A program made the translations under genes and the position numbers. Source: Pseudomonadota bacterium (GTDB taxonomy: Bacteria; Myxococcota_A; Bradymonadia; Bradymonadales; GCA-2716585). Taken from it: 64,000 nt of DNA. Of the stretch, positions 1 to 10,400 are shown in pieces. Every line of letters begins with the position of its first letter. Within the stretch, counting starts at the first letter, position 1. The notes under the pieces were generated by a model. The model saw only the letters and a list, made by a program, of their open reading frames with translations. It was not told the DNA's origin and did no database searches. Where the stretch lies: assembly GCA_005804885.1 (NCBI GenBank), contig SYOX01000269.1, positions 9,037 through 73,036 of the forward strand, given 5' to 3'.

Positions 1-626
1 TGCAGGGGATGGCGCGCAAGCACCCGAGGACGCAGTTCATTGCGGTGCGCTTCGGCAATGTGCTCGGCTCGAACGGGTCGGTGATTCCGATCTTCAGGGA
101 GCAGATCCTCAAGGGCGGGCCGGTGACGGTGACGCACCCGGAGATGCAGCGCTACTTCATGACGATCCCGGAGGCGACGCAGCTGGTCTTGCAGGCGGCG
201 GCGCGGGGCGAGTCGGGCGAGGTCTTCGTGCTGGACATGGGCGAGCCGGTGCGGATCGTGGATCTGGCCCGGGACATGATCAGGCTGTCGGGGTTGACGC
301 CGGATCGGGACATCGAGATCGTCTTTACGGGGATGCGGCCCGGCGAGAAGCTCTTCGAGGAGCTGTCGCAGGGCGACGAGTCGATCGCGAAGACGGATCA
401 CGAGAAGATCTACATCGGCAAGGTCTCCCGGCTTGATCTGGAGCTGCTGGAGCGTGAGGTGCCGGCCTTTGTCCGGCTGATCGAGGCCGCGGACCCGATC
501 GCGATCAAGCGCCACCTCAAGCGGCTGGTGCCGGAGTTCGCCTTCGTCGCGCCGGAGGACGAGGCCGACGGGGCCGATGAGGGCGGCGACGAGGGCGGCG
601 AGAAGATCATCTCCTTCCCGGCTTGA
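1..626 (+). CDS. C-terminal part of a CapD/PglF/WbpM-type polysaccharide-biosynthesis nucleotide-sugar dehydratase/epimerase (5' end outside the window)
   Basis: The frame is open to the window edge. [50 protein letters not shown] matches the conserved CapD-like C-terminal core. Confidence 0.8.
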   Translation, partial: QGMARKHPRTQFIAVRFGNVLGSNGSVIPIFREQILKGGPVTVTHPEMQRYFMTIPEATQLVLQAAARGESGEVFVLDMGEPVRIVDLARDMIRLSGLTPDRDIEIVFTGMRPGEKLFEELSQGDESIAKTDHEKIYIGKVSRLDLELLEREVPAFVRLIEAADPIAIKRHLKRLVPEFAFVAPEDEADGADEGGDEGGEKIISFPA

Positions 627-670
627 GGCCCTGCGGCGCCCGAGGGGCGCGGCCGCGGGCGTCGGTCCGC

Positions 671-701
671 TTGACATCGAACAAGGCCTGTGGTCTATCT
701 A
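671..701 (+). promoter_or_regulatory. Candidate sigma70-type promoter upstream of rpmH
   Basis: TTGACA at 671-676 and TATCTA at 696-701, about 100 nt upstream of rpmH. The 19-nt spacer is longer than optimal. Confidence 0.3.
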
Positions 702-798
702 GCCGACTTTTCGCCTGGCCCTTGAAAAGTGGTGAGGCTGTCTATGTTGAGTGAGTTCGCCGCGACGTGGCGGGTTGGAATGTAATGGAGATGAAGTC

Positions 799-948
799 AT
801 GAAGAGAACCTACCAGCCGAGCAAGATCAAGCGCAAGCGCACCCACGGCTTCCGAGAGCGGATGAGCACCCCGGGAGGCCGCAAGGTGCTCTCGGCGCGT
901 CGCCGCAAGGGCCGCGCTCGCCTTGCTGTTGATATTCACAAGAAGTAG
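799..948 (+). CDS. rpmH: 50S ribosomal protein L34
   Basis: [42 protein letters not shown] is the near-invariant L34 sequence. The ATG at 799 lies inside ORF 751..948. Confidence 0.95.
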   Translation: MKRTYQPSKIKRKRTHGFRERMSTPGGRKVLSARRRKGRARLAVDIHKK

Positions 949-992
949 GCGTCTGGTGCGGGATCGCCCCAGGACGGGAGGGCTCCGGGATC

Positions 993-1406
993 GTGGCGCA
1001 GGAACAAGCTTTTGCGCTCGACGAACGCCTGCGCAAGGCCGAGCGGCTGACGCGCCGGCGCCAGTTCCTGGAGACTCAGCGGCGCGGCGGGCGCCACGTG
1101 TCGCGCCACCTCGTCGTCTACGCCTGTCCGGGTCGTGAGGCGTGGAGCCGCGTCGGCCTGACGGTCAGCCGGAAGGTGGGCAACGCGGTCGTCCGCAACC
1201 TCGTCAAGCGCCGCCTGCGAGAGATCTTCCGCAGGAACAAGGGCGTCTTGCCGGAGGGCTTCGACTTTGTCTGGATCGCGCGCGTGGGCGCGGGAGACGC
1301 CTCACAGGAGGAGCTCCACCGGCAGGTCATCGAGGCCAGCCGGCAGGCCGCGCGTCGGGCCAGGCCCAGGCCTCCGTCGTCAGACGCAGGGGAGAAGGTG
1401 CCATGA
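993..1406 (+). CDS. rnpA: Ribonuclease P protein component
   Basis: Basic protein with [26 protein letters not shown] (the RnpA RNR-like motif), in the canonical position after rpmH. Confidence 0.9.
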   Translation: MAQEQAFALDERLRKAERLTRRRQFLETQRRGGRHVSRHLVVYACPGREAWSRVGLTVSRKVGNAVVRNLVKRRLREIFRRNKGVLPEGFDFVWIARVGAGDASQEELHRQVIEASRQAARRARPRPPSSDAGEKVP

Positions 1407-1726
1407 GAGAGGCGCTCGCCGCGCAGACCACCCACGGACCTCTCTGTGGGTGTCGCTCCGGTCGGGCGCTTTGGATGTCGGGGGGTTCGGATCTCGCCGC
1501 CAGGCCCAGAGGCCCTGTGTCCTGGCTCTTCGTGGGGATGGTGCGCTTCTATCAGAGGTTCATCTCGCCACTGCTGCCGCCCGCCTGTCGCTTCACCCCA
1601 AGCTGCTCAGAGTACATGCGCCAGGCGCTCATCAAGCACGGGGCCCTTCGCGGCACGTGGTTGGGGACCCGGCGCCTGCTGCGCTGCCACCCGTTCACGC
1701 CGGGTGGGCATGACCCGGTGCCTTAA
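1403..1726 (+). CDS. yidD: Membrane protein insertion efficiency factor YidD (start uncertain)
   Basis: [61 protein letters not shown] is the YidD/haemolytic domain. The ATG at 1403 overlaps the rnpA stop (ATGA); a later start is possible. Confidence 0.85.
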   Translation: MREALAAQTTHGPLCGCRSGRALWMSGGSDLAARPRGPVSWLFVGMVRFYQRFISPLLPPACRFTPSCSEYMRQALIKHGALRGTWLGTRRLLRCHPFTPGGHDPVP

Positions 1727-1761
1727 GGGCCAAGGTCGCGCGCACACACCAGGACGTTTTC

Positions 1762-3480
1762 ATGGAACAACAGCGGGTCTTCCTCGCCATCGCGCTCAGC
1801 CTCGGGGTGCTCTTTGCCTGGCAATATCTGTTCACGCCGCCCCCCGAGGCTCCTGAGAAGGGCGTCGGCGCGGACGCAGGTCAGGCGCCGGGTCAGCAGG
1901 CCCCGGGCGATCAGTCCCCCGGCGGCGCCCGCCCCGACGGCGCCCAGGTGCCCGGCGACGCGGGCACGCCCGGCCAGCCCGCCGCACCTCAGCGGGTCAT
2001 CGCGCTGGCGGAGGACCTCGTCCTGACCAGCGCGAACTTCAGAGCCACCTTCACCAACAAGGGCGGCCGGCTCAAGCACTTCGAGATCCTCAAGCCCGAC
2101 CAGTACGCCCCGCGCGGCGATCTGATCAAGCCTCGCCCGGTCGACGAGGAGACCCCCGTCGGCGAGACCTGGCTCAAGTACCTGCCCTTCGGCATGGTCG
2201 GCAGCGGGGCGCTGCCGAACCTGAGCGAGGAGACGATGTACGAGGTCGCCTCGAAAACGGATCAGGGCGTCGTCTTTCGCCATGAGGTCGCCGGCGCCTA
2301 CGCGCTGGAGAAGCGCTTCGTGCTGGATAAGGCCTCCCCCAACGGCTTCCGCTTCGAAGTGTCGATCGAGAACAAATCCACCCTCCAGCTCACCGATCAC
2401 CTCAAGGTGCGCCTGTACGGCTACGAGCACCACGAGGACGGCGAGTGGTCGCTCTTTGACCCCATGCCGGACATCGTCGAGGCGCTCTGCCACGTCGACG
2501 GCGACGACGAGCGCGCGGCGCGCGCCGACGCCGAGGAGGGGGTCAAGGTCGACGGGCCGGCGATCTGGGGCGGGATCGACTCGCGCTACTTCCTGATGGC
2601 CCTGCTCGCGGACCCCAAGGGCGCCGATCAGGCCGAAGGCGCCGGGGCGCTGGCCTCTTGCCACTTCTCGCTGCACGAGGGCGAGTTCTTGCGCTCGGAG
2701 CTGGGCCTGGGGGGCTTTACGCTGGCGCCGGGCGAGCGCCGGTCGTGGCAGTTTGGCACCTACCTCGGGCCGAAGCTCGTCGAGACGCTGGAGACCTACG
2801 GGGTGCAGCTTGAGGAGTCCGTCGACTACGGGATCTTCGCCTTCCTGTGCAAGCCGATCCGCTGGCTGCTGATCCTCTTCCAGGGGTGGGTGGGCAACTG
2901 GGGGGTGGCGATCATCCTGCTGACCTTCTTCTTGCGGATGCTGACCTTCCCGATCAACCACTCGGCCTACAAGAACATGGAGGGGATGCGGCGGATCCAG
3001 GAGCCGATGACGGCGCTGCGCGAGAAGTACAAGGACGATCCGATGAAGCAGCAAGAGCTGATGATGAAGCTGTACAAGGACGAGGGCGTCAGCCCCCTCG
3101 GGTGCGTGCCTCAGCTCTTGCAGATCCCGATCTTCTTCGCGCTCTACACGACGATCTACAGCTCCGTGGAGATCTACCACGCCGGCTTCGTCGGCTGGTA
3201 CACGGATCTGTCGGCGCCCGACCCCTACTTCGTGCTGCCGGTCCTGGTCACGCTGGTGATGACCGGCCAGCAGTTCATGATGCCGCAGACGACGACCAAC
3301 CCCCAGATGAAGATCGTCATGTGGGTGATGCCGATCATGTTCGGCGTCTTCACCTTCGTGCTGCCCAGCGGCCTGGGGCTCTACATGCTGGTGAGCATCG
3401 GGCTCGGGATCACGCAGCAGTACTTCATCCGCAAGAGCTTTGAGAAGAAGCAGCAGCAGCAGCAGGCCGCGGCGGCCTGA
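1762..3480 (+). CDS. yidC: Membrane protein insertase YidC
   Basis: 572 aa with an N-terminal TM segment, a periplasmic domain and the 60-kDa insertase core (WGVAIILLTFFLRMLTFPINHSAYKNMEGMRRIQEPMTALREKYKDDPMKQQELMMKLYKDEGVSPLGC). Confidence 0.95.
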   Translation: MEQQRVFLAIALSLGVLFAWQYLFTPPPEAPEKGVGADAGQAPGQQAPGDQSPGGARPDGAQVPGDAGTPGQPAAPQRVIALAEDLVLTSANFRATFTNKGGRLKHFEILKPDQYAPRGDLIKPRPVDEETPVGETWLKYLPFGMVGSGALPNLSEETMYEVASKTDQGVVFRHEVAGAYALEKRFVLDKASPNGFRFEVSIENKSTLQLTDHLKVRLYGYEHHEDGEWSLFDPMPDIVEALCHVDGDDERAARADAEEGVKVDGPAIWGGIDSRYFLMALLADPKGADQAEGAGALASCHFSLHEGEFLRSELGLGGFTLAPGERRSWQFGTYLGPKLVETLETYGVQLEESVDYGIFAFLCKPIRWLLILFQGWVGNWGVAIILLTFFLRMLTFPINHSAYKNMEGMRRIQEPMTALREKYKDDPMKQQELMMKLYKDEGVSPLGCVPQLLQIPIFFALYTTIYSSVEIYHAGFVGWYTDLSAPDPYFVLPVLVTLVMTGQQFMMPQTTTNPQMKIVMWVMPIMFGVFTFVLPSGLGLYMLVSIGLGITQQYFIRKSFEKKQQQQQAAAA

Positions 3481-3522
3481 GACAACCAGCGCAGAAAAGC
3501 AGAAAAAGGCGAGGAGCCAATC

Positions 3523-4035
3523 ATGGGCGACCGGGATGACAGGCGCGAAGGCGCGGAGGATGTGGGGCGCAAGTCCGAGGCCGAGCTGGCCGCTTACGGC
3601 GCCGAGTGGCTCACGGGTCTGCTCAAGGCGCTCGGCCTGGACGTCAGGGCCGAGGGGAGCGTGGCGGCCGGCGGCACCCTGGAGTTCAACATCAAGGGCA
3701 AGGACTCCGCCCTGTGCGTCGAGGGGCTCGGCCTGGGGCGCGGCCAGCTCGCCGGCTACATCCAGACGGTCCTGACCCTCGCGCTTCAGCGCGAGGGCTG
3801 GGAGTCGGGGTCGATGTTCATCGACGTGGAGGGCACCCGCCGCAGGGCGACGGTCGACCTGACGGGCCTGGCGGCCTGGCTGGGCGACAAGGTCACCGCG
3901 CTGGGCAAGCCGATCACGATCCTCGGGATGAGCTCGGGAGAGCGCCGCAGCATCCACGCCGGGCTCGGCGAGGACGGCCGGGTTCACACCGAGAGCGAGG
4001 GCTACGGCGCCTTCCGCCGGCTCAAGATCCGATGA
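3523..4035 (+). CDS. jag: Jag-like KH/R3H RNA-binding protein
   Basis: Conserved position after yidC. KH-like core and a C-terminal R3H motif (GERRSIHAGL...GAFRRLKI). Confidence 0.8.
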   Translation: MGDRDDRREGAEDVGRKSEAELAAYGAEWLTGLLKALGLDVRAEGSVAAGGTLEFNIKGKDSALCVEGLGLGRGQLAGYIQTVLTLALQREGWESGSMFIDVEGTRRRATVDLTGLAAWLGDKVTALGKPITILGMSSGERRSIHAGLGEDGRVHTESEGYGAFRRLKIR

Positions 4036-5414
4036 CCGCGCGGACGATCTGCGCCGTCGCCACGCCGCCAGGGCGCGGGGGCGTCGGGATCGTCCGGGTC
4101 TCCGGGCCTGAGGCCGAGGCGATCCTGCGCGCGGTGTGTCCGGACTTCCCCCCCGGCGCCCGCTCCCACCACCTGCGCCTGTGCCGGGCCGTCGACGCCG
4201 AGGGCGAGCTGCTCGACGAGGTGCTCGCGGTGGTCATGCGCGGGCCGCACAGCTTCACGGGCGAGGACGTGGCCGAGCTTCAAGGCCACGGCGGGCCGCT
4301 GAACATGAGCCGCCTCCTCGGCGCGCTGTGCGCGGCGGGGGCCAGCCCGGCGGCGCCGGGCGAGTTCACGCAGCGGGCCTTCCTCAACGGCCGGATCGAT
4401 CTGACCCAGGCCGAGGCGGTCGCCGATCTGATCGAGGCCAGCAGCGACGCGGCCCTGAGGCTGGCGCGGCGACACCTGGCCGGTCGGCTGGGGGACGAGA
4501 TCGGGGGGCTGCGCGAGGCGCTGGCCGAGGCCGTGGCGCTGACCGAGGCCGCGATAGACTTCAGCACCGAGGAGCACGTCTACCAGCTCGACGCCGAGGC
4601 GATGCGCGAGAGGATCGTCGAGGTCGAGGCCCGCGTCGGCGCCCTGCTCGGGACCTGGGAGGCGGGGCGGCAGGCCCGCGAGGGGATCCGCGTCGTGATC
4701 CTGGGCCGGCCGAACGCCGGCAAGTCCACCCTCTTCAACCTCCTGTGCGGCCAGCAGCGCGCGATCGTGACCGAGCACCCCGGTACGACGCGCGACTTCA
4801 TCGAGGAGCCCGTCGTTGTCGGCCAGGTGGCGCTGCGGCTGGTGGACACGGCCGGCCTGCGGCGCTCCGACGACGCGGTGGAGCAGATCGGCGTCCAGCG
4901 CGCCGTCGAGCAGGCCAAGGGCGCCGACCTCGTCCTCTGGGTCGTCGACGCCGCCACGCCCTTTGACCCCGACCCGCGCGAGGTCGAGCTTCTGGAGGGC
5001 GCCTCGGACATGGACGTGCTGCCGATCCTCAACAAGGTGGACCTGCCGCTGGCGCTCGACGAGGCGGCCCTGGACAGGATCGCCGCCATCGCCGGGCGAC
5101 CCGCCGAGCGGGTCAGCCTCGCCGGCACAAGCTCGCCGACGGCGCTCCTTGAGCGCGTCGAGGCCATCGCCAGCGCGCGGCTCAGGCCCGCCGAGGAGGG
5201 CGCGGCGATCGCGCGCCATCGCCACCGCGACGCGCTCATGCGGGCCTCCGAGGCGCTCTCGCGGGCGCGAGAGGCGGTCGAGGCGCAGATGAGCCACGAG
5301 TTCGTGGCGCTGGATCTGCGCCTTGCGCTGGAGGCCGTCGGGGAGATCGTCGGCCGCGTGACGGTCGACGATCTGCTCCGGCGCATCTTCTCGGAGTTCT
5401 GCGTCGGCAAGTAG
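4032..5414 (+). CDS. mnmE: tRNA modification GTPase MnmE
   Basis: MTARTICAVATPPGRGGVGIVRVSG N-terminus, G-domain GRPNAGKSTLFN / DTAGLR, and a C-terminal FCVGK motif. The ATG at 4032 overlaps the jag stop. Confidence 0.95.
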   Translation: MTARTICAVATPPGRGGVGIVRVSGPEAEAILRAVCPDFPPGARSHHLRLCRAVDAEGELLDEVLAVVMRGPHSFTGEDVAELQGHGGPLNMSRLLGALCAAGASPAAPGEFTQRAFLNGRIDLTQAEAVADLIEASSDAALRLARRHLAGRLGDEIGGLREALAEAVALTEAAIDFSTEEHVYQLDAEAMRERIVEVEARVGALLGTWEAGRQAREGIRVVILGRPNAGKSTLFNLLCGQQRAIVTEHPGTTRDFIEEPVVVGQVALRLVDTAGLRRSDDAVEQIGVQRAVEQAKGADLVLWVVDAATPFDPDPREVELLEGASDMDVLPILNKVDLPLALDEAALDRIAAIAGRPAERVSLAGTSSPTALLERVEAIASARLRPAEEGAAIARHRHRDALMRASEALSRAREAVEAQMSHEFVALDLRLALEAVGEIVGRVTVDDLLRRIFSEFCVGK

Positions 5415-5583
5415 GTCGAGTCAACCTTAAGTTGAGTCAACACCTTGATTTTTAATTGATTTTTGCCTTGTGTCGCCTTCGGCTGCGGCGGCATCCGGGG
5501 GCAGACCGGGCGCGGGGCTGGATGGACATGAGGGCCCTTCGGGGGTAGGCTTCGAGAGATCCTGAACCCGACGGGAGGGGCGC

Positions 5584-6618
5584 GTGACCATCGTCATCAT
5601 CTTCGTCTCGGCGATGGCAGGCATCCTGCCGATGCTGGCCTACCTGTGCTTCATCTACTGGCTCGATCGCTACGAGCGCGAGCCCTGGTGGATGGTGGGG
5701 CTGGTCTTCATCTGGGGGGGCCTCGGCGGGGCGATGTTCGGGTGCGTGATCAACACGACCGTCATCAGCGTCGTGACGATGGCGCTCGGGGAAGAGACGG
5801 CGGCCTGGGTCGGCCCGGTGGTGGTGGCGCCGCTGGTCGAGGAGGTCACCAAGATCGTGCCCCTCTTCGGGTTGATCTTCTTGAGGCACTTCGACAACGC
5901 CACCGACGGGCTCATCTACGGGGCGGCCTGCGGGCTGGGCTTCGCGATGACGGAGAACTTCTATTACTTCTACAACGTGGGGACCTCGGCGGGCTTCGGG
6001 GCGATGATGGCCAACATCTTCGTGCGCACGTGCTTCACCGCCCTGGTGCATTGCTCGGCCAGCGCCTCATGGGGCTTCTTCCTCGGCGTGGGGCGCTACA
6101 GAGCGCCGGCGCTGCGCTGGTTGGTCCTGCCCGTGACAGGTTACCTCTCGGCCGTCTCGATCCACGCCTTCTGGAACGGGTCGGCGACGTGGTCGACCCA
6201 GAAGGGAGATCTGGGCATTCAGGCAGGGGCCTGCGCCGTGATCCTGACGCTGGCGGTGTTCATGTTCGCGCTCACGCAGCTCTCGCTCTACCTGGAGCAC
6301 CGCGTGATCAAGCGCGGCCTCGAAGACGAGGTGGCCTCGGGCCTGCTCCCGCAGGCGCACGCGGCGATCATCCCCTACTGGCTCAAGCGGATGCAGAGCG
6401 GCTGGCTGGCGCCGGGCGTGGATCGGGAGCGCTACGTCAAGGCGGCCACGCTGCTGGCCTTTCGCAAGCACCAGGCGAACCACGCCATCGGGGTGACGCG
6501 CGAGGGGCTGCTGGAGGACGTCGAGAAGTACCGCGTCGAGCTGCGCCTGCTCCTGGCAGGGACCCGCGCGCAGGCCCCCGATCTCTCGGCGGGCTGGGGC
6601 AGCAGCTGGGGGCGCTGA
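5584..6618 (+). CDS. PrsW-family intramembrane metalloprotease
   Basis: Polytopic membrane protein with YWLDRYEREP, VEEVTK, GAACGLGFAMTEN and HAFWN motifs typical of the PrsW family. GTG start. Confidence 0.8.
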   Translation: MTIVIIFVSAMAGILPMLAYLCFIYWLDRYEREPWWMVGLVFIWGGLGGAMFGCVINTTVISVVTMALGEETAAWVGPVVVAPLVEEVTKIVPLFGLIFLRHFDNATDGLIYGAACGLGFAMTENFYYFYNVGTSAGFGAMMANIFVRTCFTALVHCSASASWGFFLGVGRYRAPALRWLVLPVTGYLSAVSIHAFWNGSATWSTQKGDLGIQAGACAVILTLAVFMFALTQLSLYLEHRVIKRGLEDEVASGLLPQAHAAIIPYWLKRMQSGWLAPGVDRERYVKAATLLAFRKHQANHAIGVTREGLLEDVEKYRVELRLLLAGTRAQAPDLSAGWGSSWGR

Positions 6619-6656
6619 CGCTCGTCGTCCCAGACGCCGCACAGGCGCCGGGGCGC

Positions 6657-7115
6657 TCAGCTGGTCCCGCAGCCCTGCGCCAGCCCGCAGCTGGACTCGC
6701 ATGTGGCGGCGCCGCCGCAGGAGGTCGCGCAGCCGGCGCTGCAGCCCTTCGTCACGCAGGTGTTGGTGTCCGAACACTCCAAGGCGCAGCCGCCGCCCGG
6801 GCAGTTCATCTGGCACGAGGCCGCGCCGTCGCACTCCAGCGAGCAGTTGCCGCCCGGGCATGTCAGGCTGCAGTCGGCGCCCTGGCTGCACTCCATCGCG
6901 CAGCCGGCCCCATTGCCCCCACAGGTCAGCGCGCAGGCCTCGCCCTGGCAGATGCACGCCTTGCCGGCGACGCAAGGGGCCAGAGCATCCTCCTCGCTGC
7001 ACCCGCCGAGCGCCCCGAGCGCGCCGCTCAAGAGCACCCCCAGCATCACGAGCCTGTGCAGCAAGATCGATGGTGAGGCAGCGTCCAAAGAGGGGGTCAT
7101 GGCTTCCTCCATCAC
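6657..7115 (-). CDS. Cysteine-rich repeat lipoprotein (unknown function)
   Basis: Signal peptide plus lipobox (LGALGGC), followed by about 9 tandem 9-11-aa units of pattern C-x-[LM]-x-C-x(2-4)-G. Start codon uncertain among M1, M2 and M6. Confidence 0.6.
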   Translation of the reverse strand: MMEEAMTPSLDAASPSILLHRLVMLGVLLSGALGALGGCSEEDALAPCVAGKACICQGEACALTCGGNGAGCAMECSQGADCSLTCPGGNCSLECDGAASCQMNCPGGGCALECSDTNTCVTKGCSAGCATSCGGAATCESSCGLAQGCGTS

Positions 7116-7349
7116 GGTCTCCAGTATTGGCGCAGTCTAGAGCTTTCCGCGCTGAACCGCAAACGCCCCTGAAGGCTCCAGAGCCGCGGCGCCACGACGA
7201 GGGCCAGGCCGCGCCCCTCGACGCTCATGTCGATCAAAAATGTCTCGGCGTAAACTTTGCGCTGAGGCCCTCGATGGAGCGGTCCCTGACGACGGGCCTC
7301 GATGGTGAACTTGGGGATGGAGAAAGTGTATTTTTTCAAGGGCTTGCCT

Positions 7350-7379
7350 TTGACGGGAGGGCTCCGTTGATCGTATAAG
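7350..7379 (+). promoter_or_regulatory. Candidate sigma70-type promoter of the TSP3-repeat protein gene
   Basis: TTGACG (7350-7355), an 18-nt spacer, then TATAAG (7374-7379), in a locally AT-rich patch 40 nt upstream of the ATG at 7421. Confidence 0.35.
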
Positions 7380-7420
7380 GAGATAAGGATTCCTATCTTC
7401 ACATCGACGCGGAGTGCACC

Positions 7421-10400
7421 ATGAACACAAAACATCTACTGTCAGCGCTCCTTCTATTGTCCATGGCGTTATGGGCGCCCTCGGTCGCCTTCGCCGCGGA
7501 TGGCGATGGCGACGGTGTGGAGGATGGGGCGGACAACTGCCCGACCGAGGCCAACGGCGATCAGCTCGACGGCGATCAGGACGGCGTCGGGGACTCCTGT
7601 GACAGCTGCCCGGGCTTGTTCAACACCGAGCAGGACGACAACGATCAGGACGGGGTCGGCGACGGCTGCGACGGCTGCCCGGACGACCCGGGCAAGATCG
7701 AGCCGGGCGCCTGCGGCTGCGACGAGTCGGACACAGACAGCGACAGCGACGGGTCTGAGGACTGCATTGATGGTTGCCCGGACGATCCGGACAAGATCAG
7801 CGGCGGGCTGTGCGGCTGCGGCGAGGCGGACACGAACGACAGCGACAACGACGGCTCGGCGGACTGCCTGGATGCCTGCCCCAATGACCCCTCCAAGAGC
7901 ATCCCCGGGCTCTGCGGGTGCGGGGTGGCGGATACGGACAGCGACAACGACGGCAGCGCGAACTGCTTCGACCTCTGCCCGGCGGACCCTGGCAAGACGG
8001 CGCCGGGCGCGTGCGGCTGCGGGTCCTCGGATCGGAACGACGACAACGACGGCCTGCCGGCCTGCGATGACAACTGCCCCGACGAGCCGAACACGGGTCA
8101 GCTCGACGAGGACGGCGACGGCGTGGGCGACGAGTGCGACAACTGCTTCCTCACCGCGAACGCCAACCAGGCCGACACGGACGGCGACGGCACGGGCAAC
8201 GCCTGCGATGCCTGCCCGGCCGATCCCCGCAAGGTGGCCCCCGGGTCCTGCGGGTGCGGCACGCCGGACAACGATCCCGACGGCGACAGCCAGGGCGCCT
8301 GCAATGACAACTGCCCGCTGGTGAACAACCCCGATCAAGATGACTCGGACGGCGACGGCGCCGGGGACGCCTGCGACAACTGCCCGGGGCTCTTCAACTC
8401 CGATCAGGACGACTCGGACGGCGACGGCATCGGCGACGACTGCGAGGCCTGCCCGCTGGATCCCGACAAGGCCGCCCCCGGCCAGTGCGGCTGCGGCGTG
8501 GCCGAGACGGACGGCGACGGTGACGGGAGCGCGGACTGCGTGGACAACTGCGAGGCCGACGCGAACGCCGATCAGGACGACGCGGACGGCGACGGCTTCG
8601 GGGATGTCTGCGACGACTGCGCCTCGGACCCCATCAAGTCCGAGGCCGGCCAGTGCGGCTGCGGCGTGGCGGACACGGACAGCGACGGCGACGGCACCGC
8701 GGACTGCGCGGACAACTGCCCGACTGTCGTCAACACCACCCAGGCTGACAACGACGGCGACGGCGCCGGCGATCTGTGCGACGGCTGCCCCGCGGACCCC
8801 GACAAGGGCGACGAGGGCCAGTGCGGCTGCGGCGTCGAGGACAGCGACGGTGACGGCGACGGGAGCGCGGACTGCACGGACAACTGCGCCAGCGACGCGA
8901 ACTCCGATCAGTCCGACGCGGACGGCGACGGCGCGGGCGACGTCTGCGACGGCTGCCCCGATGACGTCGACAAGACCTCGGCGGGCGTGTGCGGCTGCGG
9001 CGTCTCGGACGGCGACGGCGACGGCGACGGCGTGTCCGACTGCGCCGACAACTGCCCCGCTGAGGCCAACGCCAACCAGGCCGACACGGACAACGACGGC
9101 GACGGCGACGTCTGCGACGACTTCATCTGCCCGGGGCCGGGCGAGGTGCAGGGGGCGGAGGTGTGCGACGGGTCGGACAACGACTGCGACGGGCAGGTGG
9201 ACAACGGCGCGAGCTGCCCGCCTGGGACGGAGTGTCAGGCCGGGGCCTGCCAGGCCGGCCTGCCGGACTTCTCGGTGGTGACCTCCGACATCTTCATCGA
9301 GGATCGGGACATCGACGTGGGCGAGCTCTTCACCATCCAGGCCGAGATCCGCAACAACGGCGCCGTCGACGGCGTCAACGTCGGCGTGAACCTGCTCGAC
9401 ATGGGCTTCGTGGTGCGCTCGACCACCATCGACTTCCTGCCGGCCGGCGCCAGCGCCTCGGTGGAGTTCGAATTGTCCTTTGATGAGGCCAGCTTGCGCA
9501 TCGCCCAGGTGCGCGTCGATCCCGACGACTTCTTCGACGAGCTCGACGAGGAGAACAACAACGCCACCCAGATCGTCCGCGTCGGCCAGCCCCCTGCGGG
9601 CTTCAACGGCCGCCTCGTCGTCGAGTCCGGCGACGTGGCCACCTGCTTCGACCAGGAGGACCTGCACATCGGCGGCAAGGCCTACTACGAGTTCGAGGAT
9701 GAGGGCGTCGTGTTCACCTTCCCCGTCCAGGGCGGGCTGGTGACGCTCACCCTCGACGGCCGCGTCTTTACGACCCACACCAACGTCCACGGGAACTTCC
9801 TGTTCCACGAGGTCCCCGTGCCGTCCGGGTCAGGCAACTACCCGGCCGACATCGAGGTCAGCGACTCCGACATCGTCGGCTCGACCCAGATCATCGTCCA
9901 GGTGACCGATCAGAGCTGCAGCGGCGGCGGCCACGACGGCGGCGCTGGCAGCGAGGACATCTGGGTTTACAGCCACGACATCGTCTTTGAGCCCACCAAC
10001 CGGCCTCGGCTCGGCGAGACGCTCGAGATCACCTCGACGATCCACCACAACCTCGGCACGCCGCGGGCCGACATCCCCGTGACGGTCTTCGCCCACCACC
10101 CGGACGGCGGCCAGCTCGTGCGCCAGACGCTCGGCGTCGGCAAGGTCGACTTCGTCAGCGGCGGCCCCGAGCAGCAGGACTTCAAGGTGAGCTGGACCAA
10201 CGACGACGAGGGCGTCTACATCATCCAGACCGTCGTGGCCCCGAACTTCGCCCAGCACACCGGCAATGACGCGGCCACGCGCCTCGTCGTCGTCGGCGAT
10301 TACAAGCACTACCCGGCCGACATCACCCTGAGCCCCGATCCCTTCAACCGCCTCTGCGACTCGACCCTGACCGGCATCATCCAGCTCCCGGCCGATGTCG

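Noticed and set aside
1723-3987. 754-aa minus-strand ORF covering yidC and jag
   Set aside because: It is antisense to two genes with unmistakable conserved motifs. The composition is Arg/Ala/Gly/Pro/Leu-rich and low-complexity, typical of shadow ORFs in high-GC DNA.
7469-9808. 779-aa minus-strand ORF plus several 90-310-aa ORFs inside the TSP3-repeat gene
   Set aside because: They are antisense or off-frame readings of a repetitive GC-rich coding region. Only the plus-frame product has a signal peptide, TSP3 motifs and a sorting tail.
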